A stretch of DNA of 64,000 nt from an uncultured Thiotrichales bacterium (GCA_964614915.1 CAZTNC010000002.1:32575-96574), one strand, 5' to 3'. Shown: positions 8,153 through 17,885, numbered from the stretch's first letter. Program-made: numbers and translations. Notes: generated by a model not told the origin, from the letters alone.

Positions 8153-9685
8153 ATGAGAGAAGTTTTTAATCGGTGGTTAGCAATTGCGTTGCTGGCATCG
8201 CTGGCCATTTCAGGGACTGCCTATGCAGGCCCGTACGGCTACGATCTGCACAACGTGCTGGCTCCACGTTCAGCGGGTATGGCGGGTACCAGTATTGCCA
8301 AGCCTCTGGATAACGTGTCGGCAATCTTTGGTAACCCTGCCGCATTGACGGACTGGACGGGAACGGAATTTACGTTCGGTGCTACCTACTACAAGCCTGA
8401 AGTGCGTTTAGATCATGCTGGTGGTTTAGGTCTCCCAACCTACGCTGGCAGTGTACCGCAAGCTACACTTGATCTTCCTGCCGTGGCCCCTAATGATGTG
8501 GTGCCAGGTGTAGCCCTTGGATGTAATAGTGCTGAGGGTTTTTGTATAACTGATTCGTATTTTGATGATGCGGTCAACGGTAACGAGGGCTATATCGTAC
8601 CCCAGGTTGGTGTGACACAGGATCTGCGGCCGTTAGGCTTGCCAGCTGTATTGGGTGCTGGTCTGACAGCAGTTTCAGGTATTGGCGTGGAGTTTCGCCA
8701 TGTGGAAGAAACACTGGGACTGGGAGCTGAGTTCATTGTCCTGGGCGCTAACTTCTCACTTGGTTGGGAGCTCAATGAACAGGTCTCCATCGGTGGTGCT
8801 GCGACAGTAACGTACGCTTATCTAGACCTCGGTCTTGCAGCGACCTCCGGTGTCACGCATGACACTGGGATGCGCGGAACAATAGGTATTACCTATGACG
8901 ACATCGTTCCAGGCACAAGACTGGGCCTGTTCTACATGACGGAACTGCAGCATGTGTTTGATGATATCGTCGCAGTACCAGCTTTTGATCACCAAGACTA
9001 CAATCGTAGTGGTGCGGTAAATAGTGGGGCTGCGCTAGATGGGTATGGAGCCCAAGGACCTGTTCGCTATGCTTCAATCCCTATTGAAGAGCCGCGCACC
9101 ATTGGTATCGGTATCGCCAACGAGACATTCATGGATGGCAACCTGCTGATCGCCGCCGATGTCATGTGGAAGAACTGGGAAGAAGCTGATTTCTGGGGTG
9201 ACGTGTATGAGGACCAAATGGTCTACAGCGTCGGTGCCCAGATGAAGATGGGCAACTGGCGTTTCCGTGCTGGTTATGGCTACGCGGATGATCCAACAGA
9301 CCGTGATGCAGATCACATCAAGGGCCTGCCCGCTGTGTGTTCATCTGCAACTAATTGTAATGCTATTCCAATAGGTAGCCCAGATGGTTCACCATTATTG
9401 CTAGGACAATCTGTGCTGGAATTCCTCCAAGCTTCACAAACAGAGGTAATCTACCGTCATCGTGCTACGTTGGGAGTAGGTTATATGGGATTCCTGGCCC
9501 CGTTCCTGAACATCGACGGCCATGTTGGTGTGCAGTTCAAGGAGCGTAACCATTACAGTGCAGGTACACCGCCGCTTAACGCGACAACCCATCCTGCAGC
9601 GCCCCTTGCAACGGCAACTACTACTGCGGCAGATGTCTGGTCGTGGCATGCAGGCTTTGCACTGACGTGGAACTTCCAGTACTGA
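8153..9685 (+). CDS. FadL/OmpP1/TodX-family outer-membrane channel for hydrophobic substrates
   Basis: Sec signal (AYA cleavage); hatch motif SAGMAGTSIA...SAIFGNPAAL typical of the FadL family; alternating beta-strands; aromatic C-terminal beta-signal WNFQY. Confidence 0.88.
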   Translation: MREVFNRWLAIALLASLAISGTAYAGPYGYDLHNVLAPRSAGMAGTSIAKPLDNVSAIFGNPAALTDWTGTEFTFGATYYKPEVRLDHAGGLGLPTYAGSVPQATLDLPAVAPNDVVPGVALGCNSAEGFCITDSYFDDAVNGNEGYIVPQVGVTQDLRPLGLPAVLGAGLTAVSGIGVEFRHVEETLGLGAEFIVLGANFSLGWELNEQVSIGGAATVTYAYLDLGLAATSGVTHDTGMRGTIGITYDDIVPGTRLGLFYMTELQHVFDDIVAVPAFDHQDYNRSGAVNSGAALDGYGAQGPVRYASIPIEEPRTIGIGIANETFMDGNLLIAADVMWKNWEEADFWGDVYEDQMVYSVGAQMKMGNWRFRAGYGYADDPTDRDADHIKGLPAVCSSATNCNAIPIGSPDGSPLLLGQSVLEFLQASQTEVIYRHRATLGVGYMGFLAPFLNIDGHVGVQFKERNHYSAGTPPLNATTHPAAPLATATTTAADVWSWHAGFALTWNFQY

Positions 9686-9707
9686 TTGAAAGTCAGTAGT
9701 CTTATGG

Positions 9708-9743
9708 AAAAAGGGGTGGCATATGCCACCCCTTTTTTTGTTT
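9708..9743. terminator. Rho-independent (bidirectional) terminator after the fadL-like gene
   Basis: AAAAAGGGGTGGCATATGCCACCCCTTTTT palindrome followed by a T-run. Confidence 0.9.
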
Positions 9744-9914
9744 TCTGACCATACTCCCAAAAGTTCCACTTGAGAAAACAGGGACTAGTTCCAATTAGAA
9801 CCCTGTATGGTCTAAATTATTAGAATTTTAAATTCAGTCATAGGCAGGCCAAATCAAGCATATTTTCTCAACATCGCCGTCCAATTCTGTATAATTCATC
9901 TGGTTGATCAATCG

Positions 9915-9930
9915 TTTCTGTATACAGAAA
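9915..9930. promoter_or_regulatory. Perfect 16-bp palindromic operator upstream of the RiPP precursor
   Basis: TTTCTGTATACAGAAA; extra half-site TTCTGTATA at 9885-9893 overlapping a TATAAT (9890-9895). Confidence 0.6.
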
Positions 9931-9982
9931 TTGTGCCTTGCTCCGCAGGACACACATAACAATTGTTGGAGGTTTTATAACG

Positions 9983-10363
9983 ATGGATAAGAAACGTCGT
10001 GATTTTAATAAGCTAATGGTGGCTGCAGCAGCTGGATTGATGGCAGGAAGCCAGACGGTTGCCTTGGCGGGCCACCCAGGCCACGAAGGTTGTCCGAAGC
10101 ATAGCTGTAAAGGCCAAAACGAATGCAAGGGCAAGGGCGGTTGCAAATCAAGCGACAACGGTTGCGCAGGCAAAAACTCATGCAAAGGCAAGGGTGGTTG
10201 TGACCCAGCCCACACGTATGAGAAGCATGCTTGTAAGGGCCAGAATGCCTGCAAATGCCAGGGTGGCTGCAAGTCAGGTGACAACGGCTGTGCCGGTAAA
10301 AATTCATGTAAAGGCAAGGGCGGATGCCAGCTACCGGTTGACCCCAGCCACATGGAAGGATAA
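9983..10363 (+). CDS. Cys-rich MNIO RiPP precursor (BufA2/bufferin-like) with Tat signal peptide
   Basis: GGAGG RBS then ATG 9983; KRRDFNK twin-Arg, h-region, ALA|G cleavage; 14 Cys in repeated CxG(Q/K)NxCKGxGGC units; lies directly upstream of DUF692. Confidence 0.85.
   Translation: MDKKRRDFNKLMVAAAAGLMAGSQTVALAGHPGHEGCPKHSCKGQNECKGKGGCKSSDNGCAGKNSCKGKGGCDPAHTYEKHACKGQNACKCQGGCKSGDNGCAGKNSCKGKGGCQLPVDPSHMEG
10097..10327 (+). repeat. Two 35-codon direct repeats inside the precursor (10097-10201 and 10223-10327)
   Basis: KHSCKGQNECKGKGGCKSSDNGCAGKNSCKGKGGC vs KHACKGQNACKCQGGCKSGDNGCAGKNSCKGKGGC. Confidence 0.9.
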
Positions 10364-10421
10364 GCAGTACCTAGCAACACATTTGTTGTAAAGTTCTGAC
10401 ATTTCCAAAAACGGTTTGAGC

Positions 10422-10459
10422 ATCGACAGGGCTGCTGGATCCAGCATGCCCCTGTCGAT
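10422..10459. repeat. Long stem-loop between precursor and MNIO gene
   Basis: ATCGACAGGG...CCCTGTCGAT arms enclosing the palindrome TGCTGGATCCAGCA. Confidence 0.65.
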
Positions 10460-10515
10460 TGCTTGAATACTTTCTCTGCTGGTAACATGCTTACCAGACA
10501 AATCTGATTCACAAG

Positions 10516-11376
10516 GTGGTTTCTGTGTCTGTAAAAAACCGCTGGGGCTTTCCTGACCTTGGACTCGGAATCGGACTGCGCACAGTCCATTTCAATCACA
10601 TCCTCGAACACTGGCCCAAGGTCGACTGGTTCGAGATCCTGTCCGAGAATTTCATGGACACCGAAGGAAATCCCGTGCGTGTGCTGGACCAGATTGCAGA
10701 ACGCTATCCGATAGTCATGCACGGGGTCTCCATGTCGATTGGCAGCACGGACCCCATCGATTTTGAATACTTCGGAAAGCTGAAGGCCCTGGCCGAACGG
10801 GTGAACGCTCACTGGCTGGGGGACCATGTATGTTGGACCGGGGTGCATGGAAAAAACGGCCACGACCTCTATCCACTGCCCTACAACGAGGAATCCTTGG
10901 CCTTTCTGGTGGACCGGATCCGTACCGTTCAGGATTTTCTTGAGCGTCCCCTGATCCTGGAGAACCCATCGACCTACATGGCTTTTGCAAACTCCACTAT
11001 GCCCGAGGAGGAATTCCTGGCCCGCATGGCCGAGGAGTCGGATTGCGGACTGCTACTGGACGTCAACAACGTCTACGTCACCTGCCGCAATCATGGGCTG
11101 GATTCCAACGCTTACCTGGATGCGATCCCGTACGACCGGGTGGTGCAGATTCACTTGGCCGGACATACCGACAAGGGCACGCATTGCATTGATACGCACA
11201 ACGGCAGAGTCATTGACCCGGTGTGGGACCTGTATGCCGAGGTGCAGCGCCGTGCCGGAAACCGTGCCACGTTGATTGAGTGGGATGCCGACATCCCTTC
11301 GTTTGAAGAGGTCCATGCCGAGGTTTTGAAGGCGGCGCAATTCCGCCACATGACCGAACTGCGTCATGCCTCGTGA
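10516..11376 (+). CDS. Multinuclear non-heme iron oxidase (MNIO, DUF692; BufB/HvfB/MbnB/TglH/ChrH family)
   Basis: [61 protein letters not shown] motifs; GTG start uncertain. Confidence 0.95.
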   Translation: MVSVSVKNRWGFPDLGLGIGLRTVHFNHILEHWPKVDWFEILSENFMDTEGNPVRVLDQIAERYPIVMHGVSMSIGSTDPIDFEYFGKLKALAERVNAHWLGDHVCWTGVHGKNGHDLYPLPYNEESLAFLVDRIRTVQDFLERPLILENPSTYMAFANSTMPEEEFLARMAEESDCGLLLDVNNVYVTCRNHGLDSNAYLDAIPYDRVVQIHLAGHTDKGTHCIDTHNGRVIDPVWDLYAEVQRRAGNRATLIEWDADIPSFEEVHAEVLKAAQFRHMTELRHAS

Positions 11377-12220
11377 TGATTCGCGGCTGGAGAGCCTCGA
11401 GCAATGGATGTATTCGGTCATCAGCCACCCCGAGGGAGCCGAGGCCGGAGTCAAAGCAAGTTCCAAACCAGGCAGCCAAGCAGCACATGACCTGGAACAA
11501 ACCGTCCTGCCTTCCGATAAGCTGACTCCACTGGAGTGCGTGTCGGTTTACGCCGATATGTACTTCTGGCGGTTCATCGACATCATGTCGGAGGAATACC
11601 CGACGGTGCAGCACATTCTCGGAAAGGAGTTATTCAACCAGGTGGTCAGGGATTATATTGCACGCCATCCCTCAACACACTACAACCTCAACCGCCTGAG
11701 CATCAAGTTCCCGGATTACCTGCTCAAGGAAGCCGGGGAGATTCCACATCAGCCTTTCGTGGCTGCAGTTGCCACGGTTGAACGTGTCATGGAGGATGCC
11801 TTCGATGACCCGCATCGGGAGAAGATCTCCCCGGAAGCGATACAGGGCATCCCGGGGGAGCAATGGCCCGACATCCGGCTGCAGTTCAACCCGGCCCTGT
11901 ATCTGCTGGAACTGGAGTATCCGGTCAATGACTACATGACCGCAGTGTATGAAAACCGCCATATGGACATCCCACAGGCCCAGAAGACATTTGCAGTGGT
12001 GTATCGCTCAAACTACACGGTCTGGCGTGAAGATCTCGACTATGAAAGTTACCTGCTTTTATCGCGGCTCAAGGACGGGGAGTCCTTGGGTGAGGCCTTG
12101 GAGAACTGCACTCAGCAAGAGGGGGTTGATGCCGACAAGATCACGGCCAGCCTGGGCGAGTGGTTTCAGCAATGGACAGCCCAGGAATTCTTCTGCGGTC
12201 TCGAAATCGATTCTGATTGA
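11366..12220 (+). CDS. DUF2063 (BufC/HvfC-like) MNIO partner with RiPP-recognition/DNA-binding-like N-terminal domain
   Basis: Overlaps MNIO stop; [10 protein letters not shown]...[12 protein letters not shown]...Y...HPS, FPDYL, VATVER, EYPV motifs typical of DUF2063. Confidence 0.85.
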   Translation: MPRDDSRLESLEQWMYSVISHPEGAEAGVKASSKPGSQAAHDLEQTVLPSDKLTPLECVSVYADMYFWRFIDIMSEEYPTVQHILGKELFNQVVRDYIARHPSTHYNLNRLSIKFPDYLLKEAGEIPHQPFVAAVATVERVMEDAFDDPHREKISPEAIQGIPGEQWPDIRLQFNPALYLLELEYPVNDYMTAVYENRHMDIPQAQKTFAVVYRSNYTVWREDLDYESYLLLSRLKDGESLGEALENCTQQEGVDADKITASLGEWFQQWTAQEFFCGLEIDSD

Positions 12221-12332
12221 CTCCAGTCTGAGCCTGTAAAAGATCTAAGGACCATAGAATGGTTCAAGCCTGATAGGTGCCAAATTGCAAGCCCACCAGA
12301 GGCCAAGCTAGGGCGAGTAAGAGTTCAGTGTG

Positions 12333-12662
12333 TTATGGGATACAGCGAAAGACGGCAAAAGTCTGCTGCCCACGGTCAACTTTCGACATCGGCACGACAG
12401 TGTCACCACCCATATGGATTGCGCTGTTGCGTGCCAGACGCTGTAGCTGATGTGCAATCGTGGAAGCACTTTTGGGTACGAGACCTAAGTAGTTCTCACC
12501 GATACTGACCGTTGCTGCACCATTTTTCTGGCAGTTTTTTACATCATCGGGGCTCAGCACGCGTGCCTTTTCCCCTTCAATAGTCAGTTCGATGGTTTCA
12601 CAGGAGGCCAGGACAAATAGGGCTGCAGTGATCAAGGCTGCAATACGGAGTTTGGAAATCAT
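12333..12662 (-). CDS. DUF4156-like lipoprotein
   Basis: Lipobox LASC; ARNSAIHMGGDTVVP and C-terminal FRC motifs. Confidence 0.7.
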   Translation of the reverse strand: MISKLRIAALITAALFVLASCETIELTIEGEKARVLSPDDVKNCQKNGAATVSIGENYLGLVPKSASTIAHQLQRLARNSAIHMGGDTVVPMSKVDRGQQTFAVFRCIP

Positions 12663-12865
12663 GGCCGGTTCAGTGTGGGTCAGATTGGGTATGCTGCAGA
12701 TCTGTTATGACCCCGCAAATGGTACAGGAATATATTTAAAAAATACAGAACTGTTCCTAGATTGCAGTGTCTTGCCGAGCAAGATCGAAGGGAGCTGAAA
12801 TGGCTTGTCTCAGGCCGAGTTTTTATTCTTCGGACATGGACAGGAGCGTCCAGTATTTCCTGGCA

Positions 12866-14593
12866 TCAGGTCTGAGGTGTGCCAATCCGGTCCTGCAGAA
12901 ATTCCAGGATGTGTTCCCTCGGGATCTGCCGGGCTTCGGGTTCGTGCCGACTTTTGTACTCGATCTCGTTTTGTTGCAGGCTACGCTCGCTGACTACGAT
13001 GCGATGGGGGATGCCGATCAACTCATGGTCGGCAAACAATAGGCCAGGACGCAAATCCCGGTCATCCAGCAGAACTTCCAGCCCTAGGGCTTCCAGTTCG
13101 CGGTACATCTCTTCACTGGTCTTTGCAACCTGGTCGGATTTACTTGCATTGATGGGGATGATGGAGATACTGAACGGAGCAATCGCCTGTGGCCAGAGGA
13201 TACCTTGCTCATCAAAATTCTGTTCGATGGCCGCCGCAATCACCCTTGTGACCCCGATTCCGTAACAACCCATCGTAACCACCTGTTCACGCCCGTTCTG
13301 GTCCAGCACGCAGGCCTTGAGTGCCGTGCTGTACTTGTCGCCCAACTGGAAGATATGACCGACCTCAACGCCGCGCTTGACGATGACCGTGCCTTTACCG
13401 TCCGGACTGGCATCGCCAGTAGCAATCTTGCGCAGGTCCCGGCTCTCGTTGCGGCCAAAGTCCGGCAGGTCCCGATCCCAGTTTACCCCCGTGTAATGAA
13501 ACCCCTCCTCATTGGCTCCGCATACAAAATTACGAAGGGCGTGAGCGGTATGGTCCATGACGACAGGGCAATTCAGTTCCAGCGGACCGAGTGAGCCTGG
13601 CTTACAGCCAAGCTGCGCCTCGATTTCCGGTTCGCTGGCAAATTCCAGTGGAGTTGCCACACTCTCAAGCTTCTGAGCCTTCACTGCGTTCAGGTCGTGG
13701 TCACCGCGAAGCACCAGTGCGACCAGCGGATCCGACTCCCCTTTCACGATCAGGGTCTTGGCCACCTGATCGGGTTCGACCTTCAAAAATGCGCACACTT
13801 CCTCGATGCTGTGACAGTCTGGGGTGGCTGTTTTCTCGAGCGGTTTTGCAGTATCGGCCTCGGTGTTTTCTACAGGGGCAACCGGGGCAAGCTCCACGTT
13901 GGCGGCATAGTCACTTTCCGTTGAGAATGCGATGGCATCCTCTCCGGACTCGGCCAGCACGTGAAATTCATGCGATACGTTGCCCCCGATGCTGCCGGTG
14001 TCTGCCTCCACGGTTTTGAATTGCAGGCCGAGGCGGGTGAAGATGCTGACATAGGTGTCGTACATCACTTGATAAGTGGATTCCAGGCTCTCCTTGCCGA
14101 GATGGAAGGAATAGGCATCTTTCATGATGAATTCTCGCGCTCTCATGACTCCAAAACGCGGGCGGATCTCGTCGCGAAACTTGGTCTGGATCTGGTAATA
14201 ATTGACCGGCAACTGCCTGTAGCTCCGGATCTCACGGCGCACCAAATCGGTAATGACCTCCTCATGCGTCGGGCCATAACAGAAGTCCCTGTGATGGCGG
14301 TCCTGCATGCGTAGCAACTCAGGCCCGTACTCGTCCCAGCGTCCGGACTCCTGCCAGAGTTCGGCGGGTTGTATGGAAGGCATCAGCACCTCGATGGCAC
14401 CCGACTTGTCCATTTCTTCGCGGATCACGTTTTCTACCTTGCGCAGGATACGAAGGCCCAGTGGCAGCCACGTATATAGGCCCGAGGCCAGGCGGCGGAT
14501 CATTCCAGCCCGCAGCATCAGCTGGTGACTTACGAGTTCCGCATCTGCAGGCGACTCCTTGAGGGTCGACAATGGGAACTGACTTACGCGCAT
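12866..14593 (-). CDS. proS: Prolyl-tRNA synthetase
   Basis: [28 protein letters not shown] editing domain, [16 protein letters not shown]. Confidence 0.98.
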   Translation of the reverse strand: MRVSQFPLSTLKESPADAELVSHQLMLRAGMIRRLASGLYTWLPLGLRILRKVENVIREEMDKSGAIEVLMPSIQPAELWQESGRWDEYGPELLRMQDRHHRDFCYGPTHEEVITDLVRREIRSYRQLPVNYYQIQTKFRDEIRPRFGVMRAREFIMKDAYSFHLGKESLESTYQVMYDTYVSIFTRLGLQFKTVEADTGSIGGNVSHEFHVLAESGEDAIAFSTESDYAANVELAPVAPVENTEADTAKPLEKTATPDCHSIEEVCAFLKVEPDQVAKTLIVKGESDPLVALVLRGDHDLNAVKAQKLESVATPLEFASEPEIEAQLGCKPGSLGPLELNCPVVMDHTAHALRNFVCGANEEGFHYTGVNWDRDLPDFGRNESRDLRKIATGDASPDGKGTVIVKRGVEVGHIFQLGDKYSTALKACVLDQNGREQVVTMGCYGIGVTRVIAAAIEQNFDEQGILWPQAIAPFSISIIPINASKSDQVAKTSEEMYRELEALGLEVLLDDRDLRPGLLFADHELIGIPHRIVVSERSLQQNEIEYKSRHEPEARQIPREHILEFLQDRIGTPQT

Positions 14594-14817
14594 GCCTGTC
14601 TGGTGGTTGTGAAGTTCCAGCCCGAAAGTCCGTTGTTCAAGCCGATGATCATCCGCTTATGGGCAACCGGAAGGAACTGTGTGTCGAGTTCGAGCAATGA
14701 TACCTGCCAGGATGCATTATATTTTTTTTATGGGGTATAAAAATCATACACATGCGTACCTAGCATGCGTGTATACTACGTTAATCTGCAACCAAAACAA
14801 GCTCCAAGGGAGTTGAG

Positions 14818-15726
14818 ATGGCAGATCGTCGGCTACAAGTGTTTCACACCGTTGCGAAATTGCTGAGCTTCACCAAGGCCGCAGAAACGCTGCACATGAC
14901 GCAACCGGCCGTGACCTTCCAGGTGCGCCAGCTTGAGGAGCATTTCAACACCCGGCTATTCGACCGAACGCACAACCGTGTCACGCTGACCGAGGCCGGG
15001 CGCAGGTGCTACGAGTATGCCGAGCAGATCTTCGAGTTGTACGCGGAGATGGAAAACTTTGTCAAGGAGCTGACTAGCGACGTCAGCGGCACGCTGACCT
15101 TGGGTGCCAGCACGACCATCGCCGAGTACATGCTACCGAGCCTGCTGAGCGGGTTTACCAAGAAATTCCCTGAAATCCAGTTGCGCCTGAAGGTGTCCAA
15201 CACCGAAGGCATTGTTTCCATGATCGAGAACAGCATGATCGATCTGGGCATTGTGGAAGGCCCGGTTACCAACAAGAATCTGCTGGTCGAGGTCTGCCGG
15301 GTTGACCATCTGGTGGTGATTGTCCCTCCCGGGCATGAACTCGCCAAGCGTGCCTCCATCTCCATGGAGGAACTCATGCATTTCCCGTTCATTGGACGTG
15401 AGGAGGGTTCCGGCACGCGCGATGTGATCATGGCCCATATGACCAAGATGGGGCTGGACCGCAACAACCTGAATGTCTGCATGGAACTGGGCAGCCCGGA
15501 ATCCATCAAGGGTGCGGTCGAGGCTGGCATGGGAGTGTCGATTGTGTCCGGTGCCACGATTGAGAAAGAACTCAAGCTCAAGGTACTGAACAAGCTCGAC
15601 CTGGACCCCCAGCTTGAGCGGGAATTTTCCTTTGTCCGCCAGCGCCAGAAGTTTCGCCTTCGCGCCATGGACGAACTGCTGGACTATGCGCGTGGCTATT
15701 GCGGCCCGAAAAAACAGGCGGTATGA
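14818..15726 (+). CDS. LysR-family regulator (CysL-like)
   Basis: SFTKAAETLHMTQPAVTFQVRQLE HTH; GASTTIAEY; REEGSGTR; GSPESIK. Confidence 0.92.
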   Translation: MADRRLQVFHTVAKLLSFTKAAETLHMTQPAVTFQVRQLEEHFNTRLFDRTHNRVTLTEAGRRCYEYAEQIFELYAEMENFVKELTSDVSGTLTLGASTTIAEYMLPSLLSGFTKKFPEIQLRLKVSNTEGIVSMIENSMIDLGIVEGPVTNKNLLVEVCRVDHLVVIVPPGHELAKRASISMEELMHFPFIGREEGSGTRDVIMAHMTKMGLDRNNLNVCMELGSPESIKGAVEAGMGVSIVSGATIEKELKLKVLNKLDLDPQLEREFSFVRQRQKFRLRAMDELLDYARGYCGPKKQAV

Positions 15727-15780
15727 GTTCCCGAACGGGCATCTGATGCAGCTGCCCCATCCACAGCATCGAAGCGATCC

Positions 15781-16878
15781 ATGATCGAATACATCAAAAA
15801 CTGGTACCAGCAGAACTTCTCGAATCCGCAGATTGTCATTCTGGCACTTTGTCTGATCATCGGATTTGCCAGCGTGCTGTTGTTTGGCGATCTTCTCGCC
15901 CCCCTGATCGCCAGCATCGTCATCGCATACGTGCTTGATGGGGTCGTGGGACTGCTCCAGCAGGGCAGGATCCCCCGATTCCTGGCGTTACTGCTGGTCT
16001 TTCTTGGCTTTATCGCCCTGTTGATTTTGATTCTGTTCGGGCTGATCCCGAAACTGTCGCAGCAGCTCACCCAGTTTTTTCGAGAACTTCCAGGCATGAT
16101 CACGCAGGGACAAAGCCTGCTGATGCAGTTGCCGGACAAATACCCAAGCCTCGCCCAGATCTTCACGGAAGCGCAAATGACAGAGATGATCGACTCGCTG
16201 CGCTCGCAACTGATTGCCGTGGGCCAGAATGTCCTCAGCCAGCCGCTGGAATCCGTGGTGGGCCTGATCACGATCATCGTCTACCTGATCATCGTTCCCC
16301 TGCTGGTGTTCTTTTTTCTCAAGGACAAGGGCAAGATCCTGGAGTGGGCAGAAAGCTTTCTGCCTTCAAACCGCGAGTTGACGAACGAGGTCTGGGCCGA
16401 GGTCAATAAAAAGATAGCGAGCTACATCCGCGGCAAGGTGATTGAAATCCTGGTGGTCTGGGTCGCCACCTATGTCACGTTTGCCTTCTTCGGCCTCGAC
16501 TATGCCATGCTGCTTTCATTCCTGGTCGGCATCTCCGTGATCATCCCCTACGTGGGGGCAGCCGTGGTGACCGTCCCGGTGGTATTCGTAGCCTACTTTC
16601 AATGGGGGCCAAGTGCGCAGTTCGTGTACGTGTTGCTGGCGTACGCTGCGGTTCAGCTCCTTGACGGCAACGTTCTCGTGCCCCTGCTGTTTTCCGAGAT
16701 TGTCAATCTGCATCCGGTTGCCATTGTTGCAGCGGTGCTGATTTTCGGGGGGATCTGGGGGGTCTGGGGCGTGTTTTTCGCTATTCCCCTAGCGACACTT
16801 TTCCATGCGGTGATCCGGGCATGGTCCTCGATCAACCAGGGCTCATGGCAAAAACAGCAATCCCTGTCCGGTGGGTGA
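15781..16878 (+). CDS. perM: AI-2E/PerM-family permease
   Basis: FFFLKD, YIRGK, IPYVG, QLLDGNVLVP, LHPV, GVFFAIPLA. Confidence 0.85.
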   Translation: MIEYIKNWYQQNFSNPQIVILALCLIIGFASVLLFGDLLAPLIASIVIAYVLDGVVGLLQQGRIPRFLALLLVFLGFIALLILILFGLIPKLSQQLTQFFRELPGMITQGQSLLMQLPDKYPSLAQIFTEAQMTEMIDSLRSQLIAVGQNVLSQPLESVVGLITIIVYLIIVPLLVFFFLKDKGKILEWAESFLPSNRELTNEVWAEVNKKIASYIRGKVIEILVVWVATYVTFAFFGLDYAMLLSFLVGISVIIPYVGAAVVTVPVVFVAYFQWGPSAQFVYVLLAYAAVQLLDGNVLVPLLFSEIVNLHPVAIVAAVLIFGGIWGVWGVFFAIPLATLFHAVIRAWSSINQGSWQKQQSLSGG

Positions 16879-16999
16879 GGTGTATGCCATCATCACGTCG
16901 GATCGTCAGCGCATCAGAACCTGTTATTTTCTTGTAATGACAGGGTTCGGTCAGTACCATCCAAAGCCTTTCTGATCTGAACTTCATTTGGGGAATCCG

Positions 17000-17875
17000 G
17001 TGTTCAAAGGCAGCATGGTCGCAATGGCTACGCCGATGCATGAAGGTGGCGCAGTCGACTACGACACCCTGGCGGACTATGTCGAATTCCATATCGAGAA
17101 TGACACGGATGTATTGGTGCCGGCTGGCACCACAGGCGAGTCCGCAACGCTCGATCATGCCGAGCACTGCGAACTGATTCGATTTGTCGTCAAGCAGGCC
17201 CGGGGCCGGGTACCGGTCATTGCCGGTACGGGTTCGAACTCAACCCATGAGACGATCGAGCTGACGCAGTGCGCCAAGGACGCGGGTGCAGATGCCTGCC
17301 TGCTGGTTACCCCCTACTACAACAAGCCCACCCAGGAGGGGTTGGTCCTGCATTATGAAGCCGTTGCCAAAGCGGTCGCGATTCCGCTGATTCTGTATAA
17401 TGTGCCCGGGCGCACGGCATGTGACATGTCGGCGCAGACAGCGGTCCGACTCTCCAAGGTGGACAACATCATCGGGATCAAGGAGGCGACAGGGGACATC
17501 AGTCGTTGCCAGGAGATTCTTGCAGGCTGCCGAGAAGGGTTTTTGTTGATCAGTGGCGATGATGCCACCGCCATGGAATTCATGCTTTCCGGTGGCAGGG
17601 GCGTCATTACCGTGACAGGAAATGTTGCACCAAGGCTGTTTCATACATTATGCATGGCCTGCCTGGAAGGGGACCGGAGCAAGGCACAGCAGACCAATGC
17701 CCGGCTCGAGCGCCTGAACAGCGACCTGTTTGTGGAATCCAATCCGATCCCGGTAAAGTGGTGCCTGACTGAAATGGGCCTGTTTCCAGCGGGCATACGC
17801 CTGCCCATGACTCCGCTGTCGAGTGCCCACCATGAAACATTGCGTGAAGCCCTGCGGCTGGCAGGCAGTTTATAA
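17000..17875 (+). CDS. dapA: 4-hydroxy-tetrahydrodipicolinate synthase
   Basis: GTTGES, VTPYYNKP, LYNVPGRT, GIKEATG, ESNPIPVK; GTG start at 17000 assumed. Confidence 0.97.
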   Translation: MFKGSMVAMATPMHEGGAVDYDTLADYVEFHIENDTDVLVPAGTTGESATLDHAEHCELIRFVVKQARGRVPVIAGTGSNSTHETIELTQCAKDAGADACLLVTPYYNKPTQEGLVLHYEAVAKAVAIPLILYNVPGRTACDMSAQTAVRLSKVDNIIGIKEATGDISRCQEILAGCREGFLLISGDDATAMEFMLSGGRGVITVTGNVAPRLFHTLCMACLEGDRSKAQQTNARLERLNSDLFVESNPIPVKWCLTEMGLFPAGIRLPMTPLSSAHHETLREALRLAGSL

Positions 17876-17885
17876 ACATGACCGG

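Noticed and set aside
10097-10327. Possible CRISPR-like repeat array
   Set aside because: Repeats are in-frame coding units with synonymous divergence, no unique spacers and no cas genes
9868-10863. 331-aa minus-strand ORF with PPLPLHEFLPAQPLS repeats
   Set aside because: Mirror of the Cys-rich precursor repeats and MNIO start; the + strand has RBS, signal peptide and operon context
1789-12332. Calling the accessory block a mobile element or genomic island in the strict sense
   Set aside because: No integrase, transposase or flanking direct repeats; most coding regions look host-like in composition
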